From NCBI GenBank assembly GCA_947165355.1, contig CAMUZZ010000001.1, positions 2,067-66,066 of the forward strand: 64,000 nucleotides of DNA. The letters are read 5' to 3'. Positions 21,029 to 32,219 of the stretch are shown in pieces. Both the position numbers and the translations under genes were made by a program. Position 1 is the first letter of the stretch, and every line of letters starts with the position of its first letter. This DNA comes from an uncultured Clostridium sp. (GTDB taxonomy: Bacteria > Bacillota > Clostridia > TANB77 > CAG-508). The notes below the pieces were generated by a model. The model saw only the letters and a list, made by a program, of their open reading frames with translations. It made no database searches and had not been told where the DNA came from.

Positions 21029-22372
21029 TTAATTAATTTTTAAACTTACTTCAACTTCTTTTATTATTGGATCAATTCTTTGCTTATATATGTCTGTTAT
21101 TTTTTTATACAAATAATTGTATGCGTATTCTAATTGATTTGGCTCAAGCTCATTTAGTATAAGCTTCATTGAACTACCATAATCGCTTGTTGAAACTACC
21201 TCACTTAAAATTCTAGTTGTACAATTATATGAAATTTCTACATCATTTTCGCATGTTATTTTAGCTGTTGTTATTATTTCTGAATGCTCTTCTGAAGCAT
21301 TTGTTTCTATTTGCACTTCATGTATAGTTCCCAACAACTTGTCCATTTTTTCTGAAATTGCTTTAACAAATTTATTGCTCTTTCCCGGTTGCTGTTGTTT
21401 TATGTTTAAACTATTACTTTGATTATCGTAACTTATTTCTATAGCATTTCCATCGATTAATTTTATATCAGTTCGTAATAACTTATCATTTTCAACATAC
21501 GCAATTATTTCCATATATTGATTATCAGTACATTCTAAAGAATTAATTTTATTTGAATACTCTCTAAATTGCTCTGATAAACTGTTTACAGAAACTTTGT
21601 TAGCAGGAAGATTCATTAGTTTTAGTTTTGATGATAATGCATTTAAAAATCTACTATCATTAGAAAGTTCCATAAAAAATTCCGATGTTAATTGTTTAAA
21701 TTCATTCTCTGTTAGATTTAATTTATACTCATCTACATAATGGAATCTATCATTTATTTTTAGTTTTTCATCTTTTACTTTAGAGTAGTTCTTTTTATTT
21801 GTTTTATCCATAACAAAATTTGAATATTTATTCGTTAGATACTTCATATCGTCTAGAGAAATATCAAGTACATCTAAATAATCTGCTGAATTAACAAAAT
21901 CTGGTAGCATCTCTTTGTTTTCAATATTAACGTTTTCAAATAATTTACTAAAATTACTGTTTTTTACTTCTACATAACCATTAGTTATTTCATTCATTCT
22001 AAATCCAACCATGTTATTATTCTTAACAAGGTTAAAATTTAAAACTTCATCCTGGTTATTTTCCACCTTAACTCTAGTAAATGTATTGTTAATATTTTGA
22101 GCTTCCGTTTCTGATGTAACCTTGTAGTTACTTTCACCATTTTTTACTCTTAGCTCACTTTTTTGTTTGTACGCATTGTTATTTCTTTTATTACGAATAT
22201 TTTTAATACTATCATTATTGAACATAGCATAAGCTTCGCTATTTTTTAAGATATACTTTCCAAATAATTGACTATCTGACTTAAAAAAATCTGTAAATTG
22301 GAATAAATAAATACCTACTCCAGCAAGAACAACTAGCAAAACTATAATTGCAATAATTATTTTCTTCTTCAT
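21029..22372 (-). CDS. Hypothetical N-terminally anchored extracytoplasmic protein (N/K-rich)
   Basis: 447-aa ORF, single N-terminal TM helix, no recognised motifs. Confidence 0.5.
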   Translation of the reverse strand: MKKKIIIAIIVLLVVLAGVGIYLFQFTDFFKSDSQLFGKYILKNSEAYAMFNNDSIKNIRNKRNNNAYKQKSELRVKNGESNYKVTSETEAQNINNTFTRVKVENNQDEVLNFNLVKNNNMVGFRMNEITNGYVEVKNSNFSKLFENVNIENKEMLPDFVNSADYLDVLDISLDDMKYLTNKYSNFVMDKTNKKNYSKVKDEKLKINDRFHYVDEYKLNLTENEFKQLTSEFFMELSNDSRFLNALSSKLKLMNLPANKVSVNSLSEQFREYSNKINSLECTDNQYMEIIAYVENDKLLRTDIKLIDGNAIEISYDNQSNSLNIKQQQPGKSNKFVKAISEKMDKLLGTIHEVQIETNASEEHSEIITTAKITCENDVEISYNCTTRILSEVVSTSDYGSSMKLILNELEPNQLEYAYNYLYKKITDIYKQRIDPIIKEVEVSLKIN

Positions 22373-22390
22373 TTTTAATCCTCCTTAAGA

Positions 22391-23197
22391 TTATTTTATC
22401 CTTTGTTTTACAACCTCATACATAACAATTCCAGCAGATACTGATGCATTAAGTGATGTAATCTTTCCCTTCATTGGAATTTTAACTAGAAAATCACAAT
22501 TTTCTTTTACTAGTCTACTCATTCCAAATCCTTCACTTCCAATTACAATAGCAACTGGCATATTAAAATCTTGATCATAATAGTATGTGTTTGTATTCAT
22601 ATCTGTTCCGCATACCCATACATCATTTTCTTTTAACATTCTTATAGTTTCTGTTATGTTATTTACTCTTGCAACTTTCATATGCTCAACAGCACCAGCA
22701 GAAACTTTGTTTACTGTACTATTAACTTGTGCAGCTCTTCTTTTTGGAATTATTATTCCGTGAACTCCTGCAGTTTCTGCGGTTCTAATTATTGAACCTA
22801 AATTGTGCGGATCCTCAATTCCATCAAGAATAACAATAAATGGTTTTTCATTTCTGTTTTTAGCCTCTACTAGTATGTCTTCAACTTCGCAATAATCAAA
22901 TGGTGGAACAATTGCTATTACTCCTTGACAGTTTTCAGTTTGAGCCATTTGATTAAACTTAGCTTTTTCAACTTCATTTATTATTATTTTTCTGTCTCTA
23001 GCTATTGCAATTATTTTATTTATAGATCCGTGTTTCTCACCTTTCTCTATAAATATTTTATTTATATCTCTTCCAGACTCCAATAGTTCAAGTACTGAAT
23101 TACGACCTTCAACTTGATCGTCATATTCTTTTGTTTCTGCTTTATTGTCTTTAAATATTTTTTTACTCATTATTCCTCCAACTTCAGTTTTCATCAT
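22391..23197 (-). CDS. rlmB: SpoU/TrmH-family RNA 2'-O-methyltransferase (RlmB-like)
   Basis: N-terminal L30e-like domain plus SPOUT motifs. Its 3' end overlaps the lepA start by 14 nt. Confidence 0.75.
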   Translation of the reverse strand: MMKTEVGGIMSKKIFKDNKAETKEYDDQVEGRNSVLELLESGRDINKIFIEKGEKHGSINKIIAIARDRKIIINEVEKAKFNQMAQTENCQGVIAIVPPFDYCEVEDILVEAKNRNEKPFIVILDGIEDPHNLGSIIRTAETAGVHGIIIPKRRAAQVNSTVNKVSAGAVEHMKVARVNNITETIRMLKENDVWVCGTDMNTNTYYYDQDFNMPVAIVIGSEGFGMSRLVKENCDFLVKIPMKGKITSLNASVSAGIVMYEVVKQRIK

Positions 23198-24998
23198 CTA
23201 GCTTTAAAACACTTAAAAATGCTTCTTGTGGTATTTCTACGTTTCCAATTTCACGCATCTTTTTCTTTCCACGCTTTTGTTTCTCTAGTAATTTTTTCTT
23301 TCTGGTTATATCTCCGCCATAGCACTTAGCTAACACGTCTTTTCTCATTGCAGAAATTGTTTCTCTTGCTATTATTTTTCCACCAATTACAGCTTGAAGT
23401 GGTATTGTAAATAAATGTCTTGGTATAACTGTTTTTAGTTTTTCTACCATTTTCTTTCCTTTATCGTATGCCATATCTTTGTGAACAATAAATGACAAAG
23501 CATCAACATTTTCTCCATTTACCCAAATATCTAGCTTAACTAATTCTGAACGTCTATATTCTTTTAATTCATAGTCGAAAGATGCATAACCTTTTGTTTT
23601 AGATTTCAAGCTATCAAAAAAGTCATATATTATTTCGTTTAGAGGCATTTCGTAGATTAACGTTACTCTTGTTTGGTCTAGATATTTCATATCGATAAAT
23701 ATACCTCTTCTGTTTTGGCATACTTCCATAATATTTCCAACATAATCTTTTGGCGTTAATATTTCTGCCGTTACATATGGCTCTTCTATATACGCTATTT
23801 CGTTTGGCATTGGAAGCTCTGATGGATTATATAAATCTACTACCTCTCCATTTGTTTTATGTACTTTGTATATAACTGATGGTGATGTTGTTATTAAACT
23901 TAAGTCAAATTCTCTGTCTAGCCTTTCTTCTATAATTTCTAAATGTAGAAGTCCTAGAAAACCACATCTAAAGCCAAATCCTAGTGCTGCTGATGTTTCT
24001 TGTTCAAACTCTAACGCAGCATCATTTAGTTTTAATTTTTCAAGTGCTATTTTTAAATTCTCGTAGTCACTTCCATCCATTGGATATAGTCCACAATAAA
24101 CCATTGGATTTACTTTTTTGTATCCTGGTAATGGCTCTAAAGCTGGATTATTTTTAATTGTTATTGTATCACCCACTCTTATATCTGATAAGTTTTTAAT
24201 GCTTGCTGCTATATATCCAACGTCCCCTGCTTCTAATTTTTCGCATGGTACGTAAGTTCCTGGTTCAAAATATCCTACCTCAGTTACAGTAAATACTTTT
24301 TTTGAAGCCATAAGCTCTATTTCGTCACCAACTTTTACAGTTCCATCTTTAACCCTTACATAGGCTAGAGCCCCCTTATAATCGTTGTATAGTGAATCGA
24401 ATATTAAACACTTAAGTGGAGCATTTTCATCTCCTGTTGGTGCTGGAATATCTGTAACAATTCTTTCTAGTACTTCTTCTACATTTAATCCAGACTTTGC
24501 CGAAATACATGGTGCATCTTGCGCTGGAATTCCAATTATATCTTCTATTTCATCTTTAACTTCCTGTGGTCTTGCATTTGGTAAATCTATTTTATTTATT
24601 ACAGGTAATATTTCTAGCTGATTGTCTATTGCTAAATAAACGTTGGCAAGTGTTTGTGCTTCAACCCCTTGACTACTGTCTACAACCAAAATTGCCCCAT
24701 CACATGCAGCTAAGCTTCTTGAAACCTCGTAGTTAAAATCTACATGCCCTGGTGTATCTATTAAATTAAACTCATATTCATTTCCATCTTTAGCCTTGTA
24801 CAACATTCTAACAGCTTGAGATTTAATTGTTATTCCTCTTTCTTTTTCGATATCCATGTTATCTAAAACCTGGCTTTCCATCTCTCTTGCTGAAAGAACT
24901 CCAGTCATTTCTATTAATCTATCTGCTAAAGTTGATTTTCCATGATCTATATGTGCTATAATGCTAAAGTTTCTAATGTACTGTTTTCTGTTACTCAC
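23184..24998 (-). CDS. lepA: Elongation factor 4 (LepA)
   Basis: [17 protein letters not shown] GTPase motifs, LepA C-terminal domain. Confidence 0.95.
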   Translation of the reverse strand: MSNRKQYIRNFSIIAHIDHGKSTLADRLIEMTGVLSAREMESQVLDNMDIEKERGITIKSQAVRMLYKAKDGNEYEFNLIDTPGHVDFNYEVSRSLAACDGAILVVDSSQGVEAQTLANVYLAIDNQLEILPVINKIDLPNARPQEVKDEIEDIIGIPAQDAPCISAKSGLNVEEVLERIVTDIPAPTGDENAPLKCLIFDSLYNDYKGALAYVRVKDGTVKVGDEIELMASKKVFTVTEVGYFEPGTYVPCEKLEAGDVGYIAASIKNLSDIRVGDTITIKNNPALEPLPGYKKVNPMVYCGLYPMDGSDYENLKIALEKLKLNDAALEFEQETSAALGFGFRCGFLGLLHLEIIEERLDREFDLSLITTSPSVIYKVHKTNGEVVDLYNPSELPMPNEIAYIEEPYVTAEILTPKDYVGNIMEVCQNRRGIFIDMKYLDQTRVTLIYEMPLNEIIYDFFDSLKSKTKGYASFDYELKEYRRSELVKLDIWVNGENVDALSFIVHKDMAYDKGKKMVEKLKTVIPRHLFTIPLQAVIGGKIIARETISAMRKDVLAKCYGGDITRKKKLLEKQKRGKKKMREIGNVEIPQEAFLSVLKLDDEN

Positions 24999-25194
24999 AA
25001 AATTCCCCCTGAAAATTTATAATTGAATACTATAATTCTGCTATTTTTTTACAGCATAATAATACCATAAAAACACTTGTAATATCAATAGTTTTTGGTC
25101 TTTTTTTATTAAGTGTTTTTTCTTATTTTTTGGTAGTAAGCATATGAAATAATTGATTCTTCGTTATACGTATTTTTTTATTACATAAAAAGGA

Positions 25195-25219
25195 GGAACT
25201 CGGGTTAAACCCGAATTCC
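25195..25219. terminator. Near-perfect palindrome / hairpin terminator overlapping the stop codon of the small gene
   Basis: GGAACTCGGGTT-A-AACCCGAATTCC, followed on the minus strand by TCCTCCTTTTTATG. Confidence 0.55.
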
Positions 25220-25444
25220 TCTCTCTTTGAGCTCTGACCTTATCGCCTCAAGTTCGGCTTCAAGATTTCGAATGTCTGCTACGAGACAATTCATTTGACG
25301 AACTGCGAAATCACGTGCATTATGGTCGTAATGATTGTGATGAGGTAGTTTTTCTTTAAGTACTTTCAAACTTTCTCTCATCTCATTAACCTTCTGCTGT
25401 TTTTCCGCATGCTGGCGCATTAGCTCCTTTGTGTTCGCACTCAT
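25205..25444 (-). CDS. Small coiled-coil, His-rich protein of atypical composition (about 42% GC, CGN Arg codons)
   Basis: 79-aa ORF with AGGAGG RBS and terminator hairpin. GC content is clearly above that of its surroundings. Confidence 0.5.
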   Translation of the reverse strand: MSANTKELMRQHAEKQQKVNEMRESLKVLKEKLPHHNHYDHNARDFAVRQMNCLVADIRNLEAELEAIRSELKERGIRV

Positions 25445-25658
25445 AATAGTAGAATCCTCCTATTTTATCTGCCCAGAGCTCAGGCTTTTTTTATACAAAT
25501 AGGGCTTGCCCAAATTTGTATAACTTGTATTCTATATCATTATTGACTTTTTGTCAATTTTGATAAATATAGCTCATGTTTTAAGAAATTTTTTCATGTA
25601 GTAAATTTTATTTGTAAATCGAATATAATATTAAAAAAATATTTGGAGGTTTTACTTA

Positions 25659-27503
25659 ATGTGTGGATTTGTAGGTTTTAGCAATTTAAATAAAAACATT
25701 TCATCAAAAGAAAATATTTACAGTATGAATGAAGCTATTGGAAAACGAGGTCCTGATGAAGATGGTTACTATTTAGAAAAAAATATATGTTTAGGTCACA
25801 AGCGATTAATTGTTTTAGATCCTAAAGGTGGCAAACAGCCTATGTCTTTTATGTATCAAAACAAACTATACACTATTGTATACAACGGTCAACTTTACAA
25901 TACCAAAGAATTACGCGAAGAGCTCGAAACTAACGGTTTTGAATTTGATTCTTATTCTGATACAGAAGTTCTTTTAAAGAGCTTCATATTTTGGAAATAT
26001 GATACTCCCCAAAAATTAAATGGAATATTTTCATTTGCAATATGGAACAGTTATGATAAAGAGCTGTTTTTAGCACGAGATCATTTTGGAATAAAGCCCT
26101 TATTCTATACACTTCAAAACAATACACTTATTTTTGCATCCGAAATAAAATGCCTTTTTAAATATCCTGGAATAGAGCCAAAATTAAACGATGAGTCTAT
26201 TGCAGAATTGTTTGGTATTGGTCCTGCAAGAACCGCTGGCAGTGGTATTTTTAAAGATATTCACGAAATAAAACCTGCTCACTACAGTATTTTTAACGAT
26301 GCAGGATTCCATACAGAAAGATACTGGAAACTTACTAGTAAAGTTCATTACGATAGTCTTGGAAAAACTTGCGATACCGTAAAATATTTGCTTGAAGATT
26401 CAATAAACAGGCAGCTTGCATCTGATGTTCCACTTTGTACATTTTTATCAGGCGGATTGGACTCAAGCATTATTACAACCTATGCGTCAAATTACTATAA
26501 TAAAAACAATCTTGGAACGCTAAATACCTACTCTGTAGATTACGTTGATAACGATAAAAACTTTCACGCTACAGATTTTCAGCCAAATTCGGATAATTAT
26601 TATATAAATTTAATGCAAGAAAAACTAAAAACCAAACATCATACTGTTGTTTTAGATACACCAGAGCTTGCTGAAGCACTTGAAGATGCAATGCTTGCAA
26701 GAGATTACCCTGGAATGGCCGATGTTGATTCATCATTGCTACTTTTTTGTAAAAATGTAAAAAAAGTAGCTACCGTTTCATTAACAGGAGAATGCGCAGA
26801 CGAAATATTTGGAGGTTATCCGTGGTTTTTTAGAGAAGATAGTCTAAATAGCAATACATTTCCTTGGTCTATTGCCTTAACAGAAAGACAAAATTTGCTA
26901 AATCCAGAAATAGCCTCAAAAATCAACTTAAAAAATTACGTTGATTATAGATATAATGAGAGCTTGTCTGAAGTAGAAATTCTTGATGAAGATTCTATGG
27001 AAACCGCTCAAAAAAGAAAGATATCATATTTAACACTCAACTGGTTTATGCAAACACTACTTGATAGATCTGATAGAATGGCAATGTACAATGGTTTTGA
27101 AATTCGTGTTCCATTCTGTGATTACCGACTAGTTGAATATGTATGGAATATTCCGTGGGAAATGAAGGCACTAAATGGTAGAGAAAAAGGCTTGCTAAGA
27201 TATGTAATGAAGGATGTTCTTCCAGAAGAAGTTGTTGAAAGAAAGAAAAGTCCATATCCAAAAACTTGGAATCCAACATATATGGAAACAGTAAAAAATA
27301 TGCTTTCAAAAATAATGGATGATAAAAACGCACCTATTAATAACTTGCTAAATAGAAAATACGTACTTGAAATATTAAATACAGATGGCAAAGCTTTTAC
27401 TAAACCGTGGTTCGGCCAGTTAATGACAGGACCTCAGCTTATTGCTTACCTATGCCAAGTTAACATGTGGCTTGAAAAATATAAACCTATCATCGAAATA
27501 TAG
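25659..27503 (+). CDS. asnB: Asparagine synthase (glutamine-hydrolysing) family amidotransferase
   Basis: N-terminal MCGF Ntn nucleophile, SGGLDSS PP-loop motif. RBS GGAGG. Confidence 0.9.
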   Translation: MCGFVGFSNLNKNISSKENIYSMNEAIGKRGPDEDGYYLEKNICLGHKRLIVLDPKGGKQPMSFMYQNKLYTIVYNGQLYNTKELREELETNGFEFDSYSDTEVLLKSFIFWKYDTPQKLNGIFSFAIWNSYDKELFLARDHFGIKPLFYTLQNNTLIFASEIKCLFKYPGIEPKLNDESIAELFGIGPARTAGSGIFKDIHEIKPAHYSIFNDAGFHTERYWKLTSKVHYDSLGKTCDTVKYLLEDSINRQLASDVPLCTFLSGGLDSSIITTYASNYYNKNNLGTLNTYSVDYVDNDKNFHATDFQPNSDNYYINLMQEKLKTKHHTVVLDTPELAEALEDAMLARDYPGMADVDSSLLLFCKNVKKVATVSLTGECADEIFGGYPWFFREDSLNSNTFPWSIALTERQNLLNPEIASKINLKNYVDYRYNESLSEVEILDEDSMETAQKRKISYLTLNWFMQTLLDRSDRMAMYNGFEIRVPFCDYRLVEYVWNIPWEMKALNGREKGLLRYVMKDVLPEEVVERKKSPYPKTWNPTYMETVKNMLSKIMDDKNAPINNLLNRKYVLEILNTDGKAFTKPWFGQLMTGPQLIAYLCQVNMWLEKYKPIIEI

Positions 27504-27508
27504 AAAAA

Positions 27509-27540
27509 TCTCCCGGATTGAGTTCCGGGAGATAATTTTC
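27509..27540. terminator. Bidirectional rho-independent terminator
   Basis: TCTCCCGGA-TTGAGT-TCCGGGAGA perfect 9-bp stem with T-runs on both strands, between the convergent asnB and small gene. Confidence 0.75.
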
Positions 27541-27778
27541 ATTTGGACATTTGCTGAATGTGCTTTTCTATTTTTTGAATTTGATTCCACAGTTTGTCGA
27601 GTTTTGCTCTTATCAATTTGACATCTTTCTTTTTACCAGAAGCTTCTTCAAGCAAGCAGTAATCAAATTGGTCTTGCAAATCTTTTTGCTGCAGCTTTAA
27701 TTTTTTTAGCTTTTCTTTGCACTTTGCACAGTTTGTCCGTGTTGTTTTACGTTCTCTACCATTGCTATTTTCAACCAT
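27539..27778 (-). CDS. Small basic coiled-coil protein
   Basis: 79 aa, AGGAGG RBS, GC above background, terminated by the bidirectional hairpin. Confidence 0.5.
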   Translation of the reverse strand: MVENSNGRERKTTRTNCAKCKEKLKKLKLQQKDLQDQFDYCLLEEASGKKKDVKLIRAKLDKLWNQIQKIEKHIQQMSK

Positions 27779-27820
27779 TTGATTACCTCCTTATGGCTTA
27801 ATTGGTATTAAACATAATTT

Positions 27821-28027
27821 TTACTTGAGCAGTTCGATTTGATGCTTGATGAACATAATATCATCACGTGCGTTTTGAACTTTTACACTAAGCATCATAT
27901 CCTCGTATGAACCGAACTTTAAATTTTCGTCCCGTCTTACCTGTTCAAGATTTGCAAGTTCTTCTTCTCGCTCCGCAAGCTTAGCTTTCCATTCGGAAAG
28001 GCCGTTTTGTTTTGCATTTTTTTCCAT
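27821..28027 (-). CDS. Small coiled-coil protein (68 aa, start at MEKNAK)
   Basis: Internal ATG at 28027 sits 7 nt after AGGAGG. Probably co-transcribed with 27539..27778. Confidence 0.5.
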   Translation of the reverse strand: MEKNAKQNGLSEWKAKLAEREEELANLEQVRRDENLKFGSYEDMMLSVKVQNARDDIMFIKHQIELLK

Positions 28028-28189
28028 TAGAAATACCTCCTTTATGGAATGTTTAAATTGTTTACAACGGGTACTTTGACCTTGCATGCTAGGATTTTAT
28101 CACGTTTCTATTGATTTTTCAATAAAAAAATACCAAATCTAATTACTTTTACGTTAATTAAATTTGGGTATTACTTAAATTATTATATT

Positions 28190-28726
28190 TTAAGTGGATT
28201 CCGGCGGGTTTATTATGTTTTGAATATCTTCATCATCCTTTAAACTATCATCTATATAGCTAAGCGATTTTTTGCTTTGTTTGATTGCAGCAATAGCTAC
28301 ATCTTTGTCGGCTCTTAGTCTATGGCTAGCATATTTTAAAATGATTGCTTTATTTGAAACTGCAGCAAGTACAACATCTTTATCATCTCTTAATCTTTGA
28401 CTTGCATAATACAAAACTTGCCCATCGCTACTAGCAGCTTTTAAAACTACATCTTTGTCGTCTTTTAAATCATCACTTGCATAGCAAATAACCCATCCTT
28501 TAACTTCAACAGCTGACATTAATATATCTTTATCTGCTTTTAAAGAATCACTTGCAAATTCTAAAGCTCCGCCATCATTTTTAACAGCTTCCATAACAAG
28601 CTCTTTATCATTTTTTAGTTCATCAGATGCAAACTCAAGAGCAATTCCTTCTTTTTTTACAAATTCCATCATTCTTTCTTTATTGTCTGAATACTTTTTT
28701 ATTTCTTCAATTTCTTCGTCTTCCAA
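28190..28726 (-). CDS. DUF4116 repeat protein
   Basis: About five tandem copies of a roughly 28-aa unit (L.FAS..LK.DK..V..AV...G.AL). Confidence 0.6.
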   Translation of the reverse strand: MEDEEIEEIKKYSDNKERMMEFVKKEGIALEFASDELKNDKELVMEAVKNDGGALEFASDSLKADKDILMSAVEVKGWVICYASDDLKDDKDVVLKAASSDGQVLYYASQRLRDDKDVVLAAVSNKAIILKYASHRLRADKDVAIAAIKQSKKSLSYIDDSLKDDEDIQNIINPPEST

Positions 28727-28727
28727 T

Positions 28728-28967
28728 TTATACTGTCCCTACCTTATATTCAAAGTCTTCCATAAATGGAAACATTTCAAAAACTCTTTTGTGTGTTATC
28801 ATTTGCATCATTGGTTGAGGATTTTTTGGATGATCTGATACAAGCTTTTGTGTATAACAATTTTCTGATGTTTTAAATATTACGTACCTGTTTCTTACAT
28901 ACGTAAAATAAATAAGATATCCATTATCTAAATCTCTTTCAAAATCTTCAAATGAGTAATCGTTCAT
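28728..28967 (-). CDS. Hypothetical 79-aa protein, translationally coupled to the DUF4116 gene
   Basis: Stop lies 1 nt from the DUF4116 start; no recognisable motifs. Confidence 0.4.
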   Translation of the reverse strand: MNDYSFEDFERDLDNGYLIYFTYVRNRYVIFKTSENCYTQKLVSDHPKNPQPMMQMITHKRVFEMFPFMEDFEYKVGTV

Positions 28968-29060
28968 ATTTATTCTTCGTACAACGTAAATCTTATTGTA
29001 CGATATTCTCCTTTCTATGAGCTTAAACTAAAGCCTAAGCGTAGCTTTTGCATGTGTTAC

Positions 29061-31124
<2,064 letters not shown>

Positions 31125-31130
31125 TTAGTG

Positions 31131-31229
31131 CCTTACTGGTCGCATATGTTATTAAACTAGTAAATATGTTTTAGTTGAAACAATTTAAGTAACTCTAAGC
31201 ATAATTTGTACATACTCCCAAACTGCGCG
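31131..31229 (-). repeat. Copy B of a roughly 98-nt intergenic element (minus orientation), upstream of ligA
   Basis: Read on the minus strand: CGCGCAGTTTGGGAGTATGTACAAAT ... TTTAATAACATATGCGACCAGTAAGG. About 70% identical overall to copy A at 37575..37672, with near-identical ends. TATAAAT lies 7 nt upstream. Confidence 0.6.
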
Positions 31230-31270
31230 TCATTTGATTTATATATACTTTATTAACATCCATACTTTAG

Positions 31271-31906
31271 TTATTTCATGTCCTTTAGTAATTTCTTTCC
31301 ACCTTTTATGTAGTCATAGCCTGAGAAAATTGTTGCAACTACAGACATTAAAAGTAATACGGTAGCAATTACATTTATTGCTAAATATAGTCCGCCTATG
31401 TTGCCTTGTGTAAATTTAAAAAATCCATGCATATCAACCAAAGCAAATCCTATTCCAACCATTTGGGTTACAGTTTTTATTTTTCCCCATACTGAAGCTG
31501 CAATAACCTCTCCCGATTTTTCAACCGCAATTAATCTATATCCAGAAACTACAAATTCTCTGAATAGCACAATAATAGGAATCCATGCAGGAAGTCTACT
31601 AGATTCTACTAGCATAATCATTGCTGCTAATACTAGTATTTTATCGGCAATTGGATCTAAAAACTTTCCAAATGTTGTAACTTGATTTTTCGATCTTGCT
31701 AGGTATCCGTCAAGTTTGTCTGTTATTGAAGCAATTATAAATATTATATCCACAAGTATCCATGTTAATGGAATATCAAAAAAAGCTCCTTGTATTGGTA
31801 AAAATGGAATAATTACCATAATTGGCACCAATATTATTCTAAAAACTGTTAGTTTATTTGGTAAATTCATACTATAACCTCTCTTATAAAATTTGATTGT
31901 TTGCAC
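31271..31906 (-). CDS. pgsA: CDP-diacylglycerol--glycerol-3-phosphate 3-phosphatidyltransferase
   Basis: CDP-alcohol phosphatidyltransferase motif D(x)2DG(x)2AR...G...D (DKLDGYLAR). Confidence 0.8.
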   Translation of the reverse strand: MQTIKFYKRGYSMNLPNKLTVFRIILVPIMVIIPFLPIQGAFFDIPLTWILVDIIFIIASITDKLDGYLARSKNQVTTFGKFLDPIADKILVLAAMIMLVESSRLPAWIPIIVLFREFVVSGYRLIAVEKSGEVIAASVWGKIKTVTQMVGIGFALVDMHGFFKFTQGNIGGLYLAINVIATVLLLMSVVATIFSGYDYIKGGKKLLKDMK

Positions 31907-32204
31907 TTAACTTAATAATTAAGTCCATGTTATCATCGTTTGCAGCTTTGTTTTTTCTTATGTTTCCACATTTCTTGCACTTAAAAACAATAACATAACC
32001 TTTTTTTGGACTTATTTCTACTCCAATTGGCTCAAGCATTCCATGGCAACTTTCAGCTCTGTCACCTGGATTTACATCCACATGTTTCGAATGCAAACAA
32101 TATGGACAATGGTTTCTACAAGTATAACCCAATTTTGAAACCTTTTTTCCACAATTTTCGCATATAAATTCTTCATCTATTTTTGTAAAAATGCTTTTTT
32201 CCAT
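31884..32204 (-). CDS. RNHCP-domain zinc-ribbon protein
   Basis: Literal RNHCPYC and CENCG/CKKCG cysteine pairs. Confidence 0.6.
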   Translation of the reverse strand: MEKSIFTKIDEEFICENCGKKVSKLGYTCRNHCPYCLHSKHVDVNPGDRAESCHGMLEPIGVEISPKKGYVIVFKCKKCGNIRKNKAANDDNMDLIIKLSANNQIL

Positions 32205-32219
32205 GTAATACTCCTTTTA

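Noticed and set aside
25480-25530. GC-rich inverted repeats upstream of asnB, considered as a terminator
   Set aside because: No plus-strand gene ends upstream of them (lepA and the small gene are minus-strand). Imperfect stems without a U-run fit an operator or promoter element better, or part of the higher-GC islet. Recorded under that finding.
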